Shown here piece by piece: positions 39,197 to 64,000 of a stretch of DNA of 64,000 nt; position 1 is the stretch's first letter; each line of letters begins with the position of its first letter. The translations under genes and the position numbers were made by a program. Under the pieces are notes generated by a model. The model saw only the letters and a list, made by a program, of their open reading frames with translations, did not search any database and was not told where the DNA came from. Origin of the DNA: Daphnia carinata (lineage: Eukaryota); contig NC_081331.1 of NCBI RefSeq assembly GCF_022539665.2, positions 3,906,001 to 3,970,000 on the forward strand, given 5' to 3'.

Positions 39197-39931
39197 CAGA
39201 GTCATAGAAACCTGGTTGCTCTACGGTGTGTGTAAATGCTACAAGGGTTTGCGGGGACTTGTGGTCGAATTCTGGCAGTTAAATAGCGAACCTAGCGGTT
39301 TTGGTGGAGTACTACATGGCCCCCAACCAATGAGCTATGTCCTGCCAAAATTTCGACAGCCAATCATAGCAGACCCGCCAAACGAGGGGGAAGTACTTAG
39401 TACTTTACTCCAGCGGTTTGTACTTAGAGTAGTCGGATGGCCAAGTCAAGCGTGTCTTTTTCAAGCATGGCCTACTATAATAACGGCCTGTCAGCGCGCA
39501 ATACTTCTTGCGCAAACAAGTTAATTGTCAGAGAGGCTTAATAGATATAATACTAATATAAAATTACGTAATATAAAATTTTAATACAGAATTGAAATGA
39601 GTGGAAAAACAGTGGAAAGTGGAACCTAGCGCAGCGTGTGGTCAGCCTACGTTAGGAAATGGAAAAAAGATAATGCAACTACTGGATTCGAACTTGGGCC
39701 TCCCGCATGGCAATCGAGGGTGCTAACCACTAGACCCAACAACTGATATTTTATGTCGTATCCCTTATGATTCTATTGCACGATGTCAGGATATCTCTAA
39801 TTCTAGTCAACAGATGGCTCTCTGACGCTGCCAGCTCCGCCCACAAAAGGGCGGAAATTTCGACCACAAGTCCCCGCAAATCCTTGTGGCATTTACACAC
39901 ACCGTAGAGCAACCAGGTTTCTATGACTCTG
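39197..39931. mobile_element. Non-autonomous DNA transposon (MITE), P-superfamily-like; ~75-bp TIRs, 7-bp TSD CTGTTAC
   Basis: Left end CAGAGTCATAGAAACCTGGTTGCTCTACGGTGTGTGTAAATGC; reverse complement ends at 39931. CTGTTAC at 39190-39196 and 39932-39938. Confidence 0.9.
39674..39745 (-). pseudogene. Degenerate tRNA-Gly(GCC)-like sequence inside the MITE
   Basis: Reverse complement ...GGTCTAGTGGTTAGCACCCTCGATTGCCATGCGGGAGGCCCAAGTTCGAATCCAGTAGTTGCA. Confidence 0.6.
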
Positions 39932-39954
39932 CTGTTACTTTCATGGCATACTCA

Positions 39955-40192
39955 CATGGCCTACTATAATAACGGCCTGTCAGCGCGCAATACCTCCAGC
40001 GCCTAAAACTGCATTGCCAGAGGGGCGTAATACCCCAAACCGAGCTCCACTTTCCACTGTTTGGTAACGAATGCAGAATTGAAATGTGTGGGAAAAACAG
40101 TGGAAAGTGGAACCTAGCGCCGCGCGTGGCCAGCTTACGGTAGGAAAGGGAAAAAAGAAATGACTGAGGCTAGATTCGAACTCGGGTCTCCA
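39955..40192. mobile_element. Transposon fragment starting CATGGCCTACTATAATAACGGCC, duplicated at 39466-39700; ends in a tRNA B-box remnant
   Basis: Shares CATGGCCTACTATAATAACGGCCTGTCAGCGCGCAATAC and CAGTGGAAAGTGGAACCTAGCGC with the MITE interior. A related inverted terminus TTATAGTAGGCATG lies at 41168-41181. Confidence 0.6.
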
Positions 40193-40320
40193 GCTTATAT
40201 ATAGCTTGTTATATTGTTATATAGCTTATATATAGCTTGTTCTCTGCCTCGCCAATAAATAATATTACCAAACATTCTCTATTTGCAGCTACTTACAAAA
40301 CCACTCTTTCATGCTTGAAC

Positions 40321-40865
40321 CATGGTGTAGAAGGATGGTGAAACAACTCTCCATTTTAAGGCCTATCTCGAATGAAGCCTCTTTTCAGAGGAGGTGGGTG
40401 TGGCCTAATTGAGGTTAGATATAGCCGACGCCACCATCGGAACTACTTAGAAGTACTGGTATGTAGGATAGTGATTACAAATATAGTGAACTAATGGATA
40501 GAACACTCGATTACAGTACGGGAGTCTCGAGTTCGAACCCAGTATCAGACTATCTTTTTTCTCCTTTCCTATTGCTATATAAATTTAATTCATTATAACG
40601 GGCTACTTTTAAACAAAAGAATTGATCATTAAATTTATTCTACTAAACGTCAAATACTAAGCGTCAAATACGATAATATAATAAAAGAAAAGTTATAACG
40701 GTAATTTGATGGCTAAGAAGCAATGGGATAATGTTTGGACTTAGAAAATTTTTCAAGCAGGTGCCTTTTACTTCAATATAGGCGTGACGATATCTAACCC
40801 CAAATAGCCCCCAAATAGCCCCCTTCAGCCGATATATAGTTCTTTCACCATCCTTGTACACCATG
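40321..40865. mobile_element. Second P-superfamily-like MITE; 7-bp TSD CTTGAAC; internal tRNA-like unit at ~40482-40552
   Basis: TIRs CATGGTGTAGAAGGATGGTGAAA / TTTCACCATCCTTGTACACCATG. CTTGAAC at 40314-40320 and 40866-40872. Internal GAGTTCGAACCC B-box. Confidence 0.85.
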
Positions 40866-41366
40866 CTTGAACTTCATCAACAACTTGGCAATGGTGTTAG
40901 ATACAAAAAGGAACAACAAAAACTTACGGGTAGCGAATTGGGTCACATATCCCGATGATAAGCTGCCTGCATCCACGAGCCGTCTTTCAGGCCGTGGGGA
41001 GGCTAACGAACAGCCTACGTTCAACGATCACCTCTTCTCTACCTTTCAGCTTGTGGTTCGATCTTCAAGGTAGTAACACTACTACAGATCGATTTTTAGC
41101 CTGGCAAGGCTATTTTTGCCATTTTTAGCCTGGCAAGGCTTTTTTTTTGGTGTGCCATTTAGCCCCTTTATAGTAGGCATGGCATGCTTTTCTTTTTTCT
41201 CTTCTTTTTTCTTTCTTCTTGTTTTCTCTCTTCTTTTTTTCTTTCTTCTTGTTTTCTTTCTTGAATGCGTAGAATCTTGCGTCTTGATCTGTTGTAGAAG
41301 CTTGCGTAATCCGATGAATCTTGCGTATCCTGAATGAAGATTTGGAGGGAAAGGGAGGGGGGAAAT

Positions 41367-41592
41367 TGGCGGTGTCGGGACTTGAACCCGGGGCCTTCAG
41401 AATGCGAAGCGAAGGTGGTAACCACTGTGCCAGGACCGCACATCTCAAACAAATTTATTTTTCATCGACCTTCGTTCTAATACCGGAGCTATATAATATG
41501 TGACTAATAGTGGTGTAGCGCTGTGGTAGGGCGCTGTGGTATAGCACTGAGATCATACGTCGACTGTCCGTGTTCGGTTCTTATAGACGCCA
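41367..41592. pseudogene. Back-to-back pair of tRNA-like units (41367-41439 minus; ~41510-41592 plus)
   Basis: The minus unit GCGGTCCTGGCACAGTGGTTACCACCTTCGCTTCGCATTCTGAAGGCCCCGGGTTCAAGTCCCGACACCGCCA is Ala(CGC)-like with imperfect stems. The plus unit shares CTGTGGTATAG with the unit at 35902. Confidence 0.55.
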
Positions 41593-42300
41593 TTGCTTCA
41601 AATTTTTTAAATTATTTTTATAAATGTAAATAAAAAAATAAAATAACACATTTTTAAAGCAATTAACCAGTGCCCGTCAAAGCCAAACAAGTTACCAGAA
41701 AAATTTTAATTGGCTAGCTGGGGACAGCTTTTAAAATAAGCCCAACAAAATAAGCCCAACTTTTCCCATTTTTAATTTTATTTTTTTCGAAAACTTAGGT
41801 ATTCCCGCAGTAATACGTGGTGTAGATTTGTAACACGACTGTCTATCGGAGAAGACTAGAAAGTAAAGTTCCATTATTGTTCTTCGGCTTAAACTGAATC
41901 AGGATCGACATTTTTCGCCATACATTAGACTTGCGATACAACTTCATGTACGTACTGTATTACGACTGCATTCAGATCGCCTTACTTTAAGCAAAGGTTC
42001 ATAAGGCTTCCCTTAAGGCAAACAATGGAAGCTTCAGCATTTACGATAGATTCCAATCATCTGGGAAGAAGGAATCCTTGGACATCTTGGTACAATCGAG
42101 GTTGTACTGTCAGCAGTAGCAGCAGCATCGGCGGGAACCATCCGATTCAGCACAGCTCCCAAGAAACCCCTGCTGCACAAAGAGATAGGCGTGGGCCTTA
42201 TTGTACAGAAATAAATTGTATAATCATCGTATCAGCTAAATGCTTGCACATGCCAGACAAGGTGACAATCTTGCGTGTTGCACAAGAGTTGATTGCGAAA

Positions 42301-43555
42301 ATTTAAAAAAAGTGTATTGACATTACTCTGCACAAACAAAAGATTTTGCAACTTTCGAAAGGCTCTCTCAAAAGTTGCCGCCAACCAACGCAGGGGGAGA
42401 CACTGCCTTGGTTGACCCGCCGGGGATATTACCCGGTGCTTGGCTAAGAGATGCCGGAAGAAGAGCCGAAGATACGGAACATTTTTACAGGAGCGATTAG
42501 CCTTTAGTTCGGATTTGTGGGTAGCGACACAGCCCTCCGTGAACACATCATTGGATCATGAGGACCCCCACGTCCCCTTTCCAGCCAGAGCCCTCCAAAC
42601 CTCGGTATATGTTTTTTTAAAATATACCGTACAGTAGGGGCATGACCCCCTACGGGCTTATTATGAGTCAAGGGGAAACGGGGCTACAGAAAAGAAGGGA
42701 GCCCAGATATGCACTTCAATTTTTAAAATATCAAATACCGTCTGCGGAATCCGAATGAAGTATAGAAATATCATGTCATCGATCCAATCATTACAATTTA
42801 TTCAGTGTCTTGCCCCAACCAAGAATCTTTTCAGATCCAATGTTCAACTTCTGGTGGAAGCTTGGGAAAGGACATACAAATTGCAGATTAACATCATTGT
42901 ATAAGGCTCTTGAATGATAAACTAGCACCCGTAGAATGTTGCATTGTTGATAGTTGTGTTCCCAGTATATGAAAATCCTTTCCTATTGGATAAATTTTTT
43001 TTTAGATTAGACATGGTTGGCAAAAAGGAGGAGAAATGCTTCGTCATAAATTCAAAATTATTTGAAGAAAATTCCTTTGATACCTAAAGAGTCCCTGTAT
43101 GATGTTCATCGCTGCAATGGCAGCAAAGTGAAACATCTTTAGGGCCATTTAAGTACCCAGTTTCACCAACACTCCGAACGTAAAGGACAAGTTGTTCTTT
43201 AGCCAGAGAAGCAGAATTATTTGAGGCTTCTAGCTGTAACAGAACTATAAAGGATTGCTGTTGTACCAGATTCATTAACACAAGATGATACTTCTCATTA
43301 GACAATTTGCATTACTCTATTACTTTACCTCATACCTTAATGGTAATGCAGGCTCAGTGTTTTTCAACTACAGGCCGACTCTACCATCCTGTAACACTTC
43401 CAGACTTGACTTGATCCCCAGCTAAAATTCTGTGAATGCAAAATAATACCATTAAAAATACTTTTTCGATAGACAAAAAACTGAGAAGTACCTAATCTAT
43501 GTTTGATGTTGAACTCATGCCATTTTTGGGTTTCCGTACCACACCCATTTTCAGC
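42301..43555 (-). repeat. Repeat copy 3, inverted relative to copy 1
   Basis: Reverse complement of ~34103-35460, with a ~90-bp internal deletion (junction near 42844). The same peptide AENGCGTETQKWHEFNIKH appears in the ORF track. Confidence 0.92.
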
Positions 43556-43975
43556 AGTCTTTATGGTAATATTAATCAAAGCCACATGTATCACTATGAA
43601 ATGGATGTTGAAAAGCAAATAAAAACCTGTTGAGATGGATATCAGGAGAATCAGAATAGATCTCAATCAACTTCAGTTATTCTTTTCCCTATAGTACTTA
43701 GTGACATAGCATAATAGATCTACCTGCCTCAATTCAGAACCATAGACCAACGGAAAAGAACACAGAAATGTAGCTGTGAAAGCAGATCACTTTAGAACAC
43801 AGGATAAGGTATATATCATCTAAGAGTAGACCTAAAATGCAAAGACAAAAATATTGGGCATAATTGCAGTTTACCAAACATAGTAGTAAAATAAAATAAT
43901 TGTCAAAGAAAGACATGCACTGCACACTTGGGTTGGCGAATAAAAAGGCGAATAGCGGGTAAGTCTGATGCAATG

Positions 43976-44048
43976 TATGGCAATCCGTTTTTTTTATCCA
44001 ATTTTTTTTTTTTGGGGGGGGGGGGGGAGTAAAACGGATTGCCATATT
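43976..44048. repeat. Short foldback TATGGCAATCCGTTTT...AAAACGGATTGCCATA; includes the right copy of the 20-bp inverted repeat
   Basis: Direct reading; T-run and G-run spacer. Confidence 0.75.
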
Positions 44049-44428
44049 CAACCAATTCCGATGAGTTTCAGTTTTTTGCAGGAAAAAAATTTAAGCGCGA
44101 CCGAAAAAAGTCGGGCTTATTTAGTCGTACTTATTTAGTCGGGCTTAAAAAATGTTTCGGTCAGTGTATGTAGGGAATTAAGTAGAGATGTGACCGGTAG
44201 ATGGCGATAGCAGTAAAACAGAAAACAACGATACTTTTATTTTTGGGGGGATAAAACGGGTTGCCGTATGTCCAGTTTTCCGTTCCGGCCGCTAACTATT
44301 GTAAAAGCCGAATCGCCCACGGGTCGCACTAGTTTGACAACTTGTGCTTCAGTTGTAAAACTGGCTTGTACTGTCTAGTGGTCCTCCGGTGAATCGTCTT
44401 GAAGCGATATTCGATCAAAGGAGCTAAT

Positions 44429-45817
44429 ATGGAGGTATGTTGAAAATTAACTAAATAAAGCATACATAATTAATTTCAATGAAATGTCACAATATCTGTG
44501 ATTTCTGCCACCTGTCCATCAGCTTAAAATTTACTTCTTTGTAGCTAATGGTCTTTTCACTTTCAGATTGGCATTTTAAGCACTTCTGGAGGAAAACAGC
44601 TGGCAACTCTTACGGTAAGCAGACAGAGATGTTTTGTGGCAGTTTTCTATTAAGGCAACGATTTACCAAATGAGATCCTCATTTTAGGTTGACCCGAATT
44701 CAACATTAAAGGAATTGAAAACCCAAATTCATCGTCTGAAGTCTCATCTCTATCCTGACAGACAGGAGTTCCGCCAAGAGCCACGGGGAAAAGGGCTTGA
44801 TGAGAACAAAACAGTTGCAGCACTTGGTTTGAAGGATCACAGCAAATTATATCTTAAAGTATTGATACATTCAAAGCATAATTATGAGTGTGGTATTTCT
44901 TAAACAATTTGTCTTGTTCTTCAGGATTTGGGACCTCAAATTGCATGGAAAACAGTTTTCCTAACTGAATATGCTGGTCCTCTTTTCGTGTATGCATGGA
45001 TTTACCAGAGACCTTGGCTGTTTTATGGAGAAGGAGCAGCTAATCAACCCATGAGCCAAGTTGCACAGTAAGTTCCTGCAATGGTTACTGCAAGTTATTC
45101 TACTCATTTCTCAATTTTGTCGATTGTCACAAATTGCTTCAAATAGCATTGCAGCATTTTGTTGGGTGGTACACTATGCTAAACGCATCTTGGAAACCTT
45201 GTTCGTTCATCGCTTCTCTCATGCAACTATGCCAGTGCGTAACTTATTTCGCAATTGCGCCTACTACTGGATCTTTGCCGCTTATGTTGCCTATCACGTC
45301 AATCATCCACTCTACACTGCCCCCTGCCAAATGCAGAGTTACATCGCTCTTGGATTCTGGACCGTAAACGTTTATTCTTTTATGTCAAGGATATGGCCCT
45401 AAAAGCCTGTAATGTTCTTCCTTGCTATAGATTTGCGAGCTCGGCAACTTTAGCATCCATTGGGCTTTACGCAATCTTCGACCACCTGGTTCTAAAGAGC
45501 GCCGCATCCCCCGTCCAACCAAGAACCCACTTACTCTCTTGTTTAATTTAGTGTCATGCCCCAACTACACTTATGAAGTCGGTGGCTGGATCGCTTTCAC
45601 CATCATGACACAGTGTTTACCAGGTTTGTTTTCATGATTTCATTTTCGAGGTACAAAATGGAAAAAATTTAATTTTTACTTTCCTCTAGCTGGACTATTT
45701 GCCTTTGCTGGGTTCTACCAGATGGCTGTTTGGGCCATTGGTAAACATCGAGCCTACAAGAAAGACTTTAAAGATTACCCCCGTGGCCGCAAATCCATCA
45801 TTCCATTTGTGTTCTAA
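44429..45817 (+). CDS. TECR: Very-long-chain enoyl-CoA reductase (trans-2,3-enoyl-CoA reductase; Sc2), multi-exon
   Basis: 2-codon first exon ME; ubiquitin-like N-terminus; [70 protein letters not shown]. Confidence 0.95.
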
Positions 45818-48800
45818 GGCACCCAGTTTCTGCTGCCGGATGGGCAGTTGGTCACATGAGAGTAGTGTGAGGCGGTTTCCCGATTTCAGAAGAAAAAAAA
45901 ACTGCTCTAGAAAATTTCACCAATGCTCAATAAGCCTCGATGTTTCTCTCGCTTTACCTTTAATTTTCATTTGATTTTTTTTTCTCTTCGCTATTTTTTT
46001 TGTTTAGTTGTTGAGTTTTTCAAGTTACTTTTGGAAATTATCAGGTTGTCTGATCCAAGATTTTCTTTTTACTTTCGAGGTCTGATTTTGTTGCTACATT
46101 TTTTCTATCTAGAACTGTTATTCTCCCACTCTCTTGGCCAGCCTATCTGTTGGATTGCCTCTTCGCAAAAATGGGCGATTTGTAATTCAAAACAAGGTGT
46201 ACGTGTAGGAATCCATCATCTTTGGCTCGCTCATCCGTTATTTAGTTTCGTTGCCCTTTCGCCACTTTTTTCTTTTGCTTTTCAACTCGAGTGAATGCCA
46301 TTGCGCATGCGCTCACGCATCGCCCGGGAGGGAACGACACGAAAGCTGTTGCTGTCCATCACCGCCGCTTGTGACCTGTTAACGACAGCAACTTGTCAAA
46401 AGAGAAAACCAGAATCATCGAGTCGAACATAACAATGCCTCGTGTTGGTTCGAGTTACCCAACCTAATACCAAAACCAAATTTTGAAAAAGAAAAAAGAT
46501 AAGGAAAAAACAAAAATGAATTCCCTCTGTATCCCGAACACAGCAGGAGGCAGTAGAGATATCGTTTTGTTTCTTTCTCGTCTCGAATTTTTCGTTGAAA
46601 GATATGTTGGTCTGAAGGAGAAACAAAAGACTACATGAAGAAATCGACTCATTCCAATGAGCTCAGAAATTCAAACATTCCAATGAATGAATGGAATGAT
46701 TAACTTCTTTTATTTAGTCTTTTACAAAACGCAAGAGAGCTCTCCACCGCGCGGTGCAACTGATGATCCTACCCCATGCTAACACTTTTGAAAATGGAAT
46801 TTCCCTTTTTTTCAACTTTTTTTTCCTTGCCTGCCTGGATGGATGGACTTAGTTAATGCGCCTGTGAACGGATGGAAAGAAGAAGGAAAATCAAAGAAAC
46901 TGGGCGGCGGCAATGCTTCTATTATACTTTCCATCCTTCTACCATCCTAAAAAAAAAAAAAATGCCTTGTATACTAACCATAAAATTTGAAACTTTTTTC
47001 CTTTCTGTGAAAGGGCACGACGCATTGGCACGCGTGCATATTTTTAATCAGATGTGTAGGACGAGTGGGGAAAAAAAAAATCTTAAAAAGGAGGGTGGAG
47101 AAATTGGGGAGAAAGAAGCAATGAAAAAGCGAAGGAATAAGAGCTGAAATATATACAAAAGCATTCCGTCAGATAATACCAGCTGTGAATGCCTGGATTT
47201 GGTATACAATAACACAGACACATAACAATACAATATCATACAGACACACCAAACCAGGAGATATATGTGTAGATAAATGAGCATGGAAGGAATGGGGGAG
47301 GCATCGTCATTGAATACAGCATTTTCTTCTGTGTAACGAAATGAGGACAACGTCTTGAGTGACGAGAGAGCTAGCCAGCCAAGAAAGATGTGGGATTTCA
47401 AGCATGATGATGAGCTTCACTGAGGCTGGTTTTCATGTATCATCAACACTTTCTTCCCATTCCTCTTATTTTATTGTAGCAATCGAATGGGAAAAGCGTC
47501 TTTTTAAAACCTAAAACGAAGAGCCTGTAAGAAAGATGGTATCAAAATGAAAATAAGCGTATTTACATTGCTATGTGTATGTGTATACAAATATCCGTTT
47601 GGTGTGTGTGTGTGTATGTCCTGTGTGTGAATTGGAATGTGGGCGTAGAATGAAAGGCTTTTGTGTGTGTCTGTAATATTACCAAAAGGGCTGGTGGTGT
47701 ATAGACCCTATTGCTGCATATCTATATAAACATGAAATAGGCGAACATTCGAGCAGGAATTGGGTGTAGGAGAGGGCAGGAGGAGAGACATAGTCGAACT
47801 ATGAAGCTCCAGCCAAAAAAGCTACATATCAGCTGTGTTGTATATATGTGTGTGTATGTGTGTAAGTCTGTAGACCGTACTAGACTATTCGGTGTAGTGC
47901 TGGACGTATTTCTGAGCCCCACTGTTAAACCTTATGCACGATAGGATGGCCTTATATAGCTGACACACGCGCACAGAGAAATATATAAGGCCATACTCAC
48001 GCAGTTTCAGACTATTTTATCTTTAAAGGGCTCTGTGCTGTCTGTGTGTGTGTGTTTTAGCTGAGCAAATGCCAACGATGTGTGTAGGAGTCCCAGCTAT
48101 GTGTAATAGTATATTATAGCCGAGTTCATTTTTTTTCTTCTGGGTATGGTGACGGTTTCATGTCGAGTCCTTTTTGGCTGTGTGGGAAATCGGCGCTTGG
48201 CCATGTTTCGCCATTACGAAAGTAAGAGGTAGAAGTGGAATGAAAAAAAGAGTAAAGAAAGAAAAAAGGGAAAATGAACGATGATTCCTTAATCCGCTTG
48301 GCATTGAGTGCAGGCCCCGGGAAAGAGAGAGAGAGAGGAGAGAAATGAACGAAATCAAACGAAATAGGAGGAGCATAATACACCTATTGGCCTCTATTTC
48401 TTTTTTCTTTTTTTATTTTTTTTTCAGCTGCACGAACGCAAGGACAAACTGGTACGAAAAAAGAAACAGAAAGGATATTATTGAGCTACAGCAGCCGTCT
48501 ACACAACAAGCACAAATAACACACACATGTTTCCATTTGTTTGATTCTCAGTGATGACGAAGAGGCTGAAAGAGTCATGGCGGCGCCAGGCATTTTCGGA
48601 ATGTTGCGAGACGAGTAGAGGGGAAAAAATAATCACCCACTCCAATCGTCGGGATAGGAAAGATACGGACTGGTTTCTGTATGTTCATGTCACACGAATA
48701 TTTTACCTTCTTCCATTTTCTGCATTCCTTTCCGTCATCGGAGGTGAGAAATCGTCGAGGGGAATCACACAAGAATGTCCGTCTTCCTCAAAACAATAAA

Positions 48801-49687
48801 ACCGTTTCAATATCGACCGCTAGATGGCTAAAGCCTAGCCAAATTGACGTGAAAATTGCTAGTGGCCATGACTAGCAACTAGAGGGGTCGAAGGCCCTTT
48901 AGGGAGAAAGGAAGGGATGAGGAAAAAAATAGCTGGAGAAATAAGCCCTGCCCCCTTCCTCTTTTTTTTATAGAGTCTGAGTAGAGTTCGCCCATCTTTT
49001 GTGTGGGGCCCGTCAGAACGGAGGTAGTCGCGCGGGTGTACGGTCGCCGTCATCGTGTTCGCCGACCACAAAACATCGAGGACGTAACAAAAACACACAA
49101 GTGAAATTGCAAGTTGTGTGTGTGTGTGTGTGTGTTTTGTGTGTGTTTGTGTTTTTCGTCTTCTTTTGTGTGTGCTGTTCGAAAAAAAAAAAAAAAGAAA
49201 CGGATTACGAATCGCCTCCCCACGGTTTCACTTCTTTCGTTCCATTTCGGCCAGAACACTTTTGGACCTAGCGAAAGTGATGGTGTTCTACTCGTGTCGC
49301 CGTCGTTGGTCGTCCATTTTCTCTCTTTCAGAACTCTCTTTCGAGACCCTAAAGCTCAAGTGAAATTGCCGACCAGGTTACGTTAGGCTTCGGATCACTC
49401 TCTTATCGAATTTTTTTTTTTTTTTTTCGTTCCTGGTGTGTGCTGTGTGTGTGTGTGAGTGTGTGTGTACGTGTGTATTTTGCTGGCAGCCCACAGGAAG
49501 CCATAAGCCTCCCTTTTTTGCTCCTCCTCCTCCTTTTTTTCCAGTTTCTTTTCGTGTATTTTTCCTCTCCCTTCCTTACACGTTTCAAACACACACACAA
49601 AAAAAAAAACCCAAATAAAATAACAAAAAAAAAAAAGAAGAAAACAAAAGTTGCAACAAGACATTGGAAAGCAGCAGATGACAGAGA

Positions 49688-62808
<13,121 letters not shown>

Positions 62809-64000
62809 AAATCGCCAGTCGGCGCGCCTCCAAACCCTTTTTTCTTTTCTTTTTTCCTGCCCCAGAACTCCTTTTCCTCCCCCCTATTTTCAGCCAATAA
62901 GAGAGAAGGTGGGCGAAGTTTTTTTTTTTTTTTTTTTCTTCTTCTTCTTTACTCTTCTCTTTAGTTGATGCATATCTTCGTGGAAAGGCTTTTTTGATTT
63001 GTGCCTGAGGTTTTTTTTTTTTTTTTTGCTCCGGAATTTTGTTTCTCCCCCCTCCACTCTCCTCATTTTCCTGCAACAATCATCAGAAAACAACCAGCCA
63101 TAGATTTAATCCGATCTCAGACAAAAAAAAAATTTTTTTTCCTATCCTTCCCCCCTCCTTTCATCTGTACACAAAAATAGCATAACGCAATATTTTTAGG
63201 TTCTGGCAGTGACCTAATCAAATTACCTTTACAGGGTAACAACACTGTCTCTTTGACATAGTAATCTGACGTCAATAGCAAGCGCAGAATCGGCTCTAGG
63301 TCTTGAACGTACACATTGCATCATTGTGATAATTTAAAAATTCCCCACTCCTCCCCGCCATCTCCACCCTGCTATTTTTTTTTTTTTTTAGCCTTTCAAG
63401 TTCAATCAATTATTATTATTTTTTTTTTTTCGAAGTTTACTTAACTTTTCCCAATTGGGAAGGTTGGGTCGGGGTGCCTTCCTTCTCCAGCCCGATTCCC
63501 CCAAAAACTCCAATAAGTCGATCGAGGCCAACCAAAGATGCAATGGTTAATTATTGAATTTTTGTTGTTTTTTATTTTTTTCAAATTTTTTTTTAATGAG
63601 TGGGGGTCGACAAAACCAGGCCAGAATGGGAAGAGAATGTGGAGTGAAAGGAAGTATTGTATGTCGTCGTTGTGCGTATCACTTTTTTTTTTTTTTCGGT
63701 CTAATTGCGTGAGCGTTCATCGGGTCCGAACCCCGCCAGATCTCAGTTTTTTTTTTTTTTGCTTAGTTGTTTGTTTATTTAAACAAGTTTCTTTTTTTTT
63801 GTTTGTTTTACTTTTGACATTATTTTGATCGTTTTTGCCAGACTCTGCTTTGATTTTTTTTTTGCGTCAAATCATCCAGCAATTTCAAAATTTCACGTTG
63901 TAATTCATCCGACTCCTTCATCGAACATTGTAGGGCGACCACCATCATCCCCATTCATCTACCTCAACTTCTATCAAAAGTTGTGTCCCCCCCCCTTTCA

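Overview
Eukaryotic (animal) genomic DNA with short GT-AG introns. The gene content and intron style suggest a crustacean, most likely Daphnia; this is an inference, not verified by a search. Host genes in order: an atypical 3-exon bHLH gene, tRNA-Thr(AGT), an ENPP-family ectonucleotide phosphodiesterase, an intronless orphan ORF with three Arg-rich repeats, and a tandem array of three long-wavelength-type r-opsins on the minus strand. The middle opsin has two 1-nt frameshifts, and tRNA-Phe(GAA) lies inside the array. Next come a GXYLT/shams-type GT8 xylosyltransferase, TECR/Sc2, and a large ZSWIM4/5/6-type gene. The most unusual part is 33.4-44.0 kb. It is bracketed by a perfect 20-bp inverted repeat and contains three copies of a hairpin-rich ~380-bp module with a compensatory base change, two of which form a ~600-bp-arm palindrome. 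It also holds a truncated vasa-like pseudogene, two P-type MITEs with 7-bp TSDs, and about eight degenerate tRNA-like units, some in back-to-back pairs. All calls are by eye, and exon and repeat boundaries may be off by a few bases.
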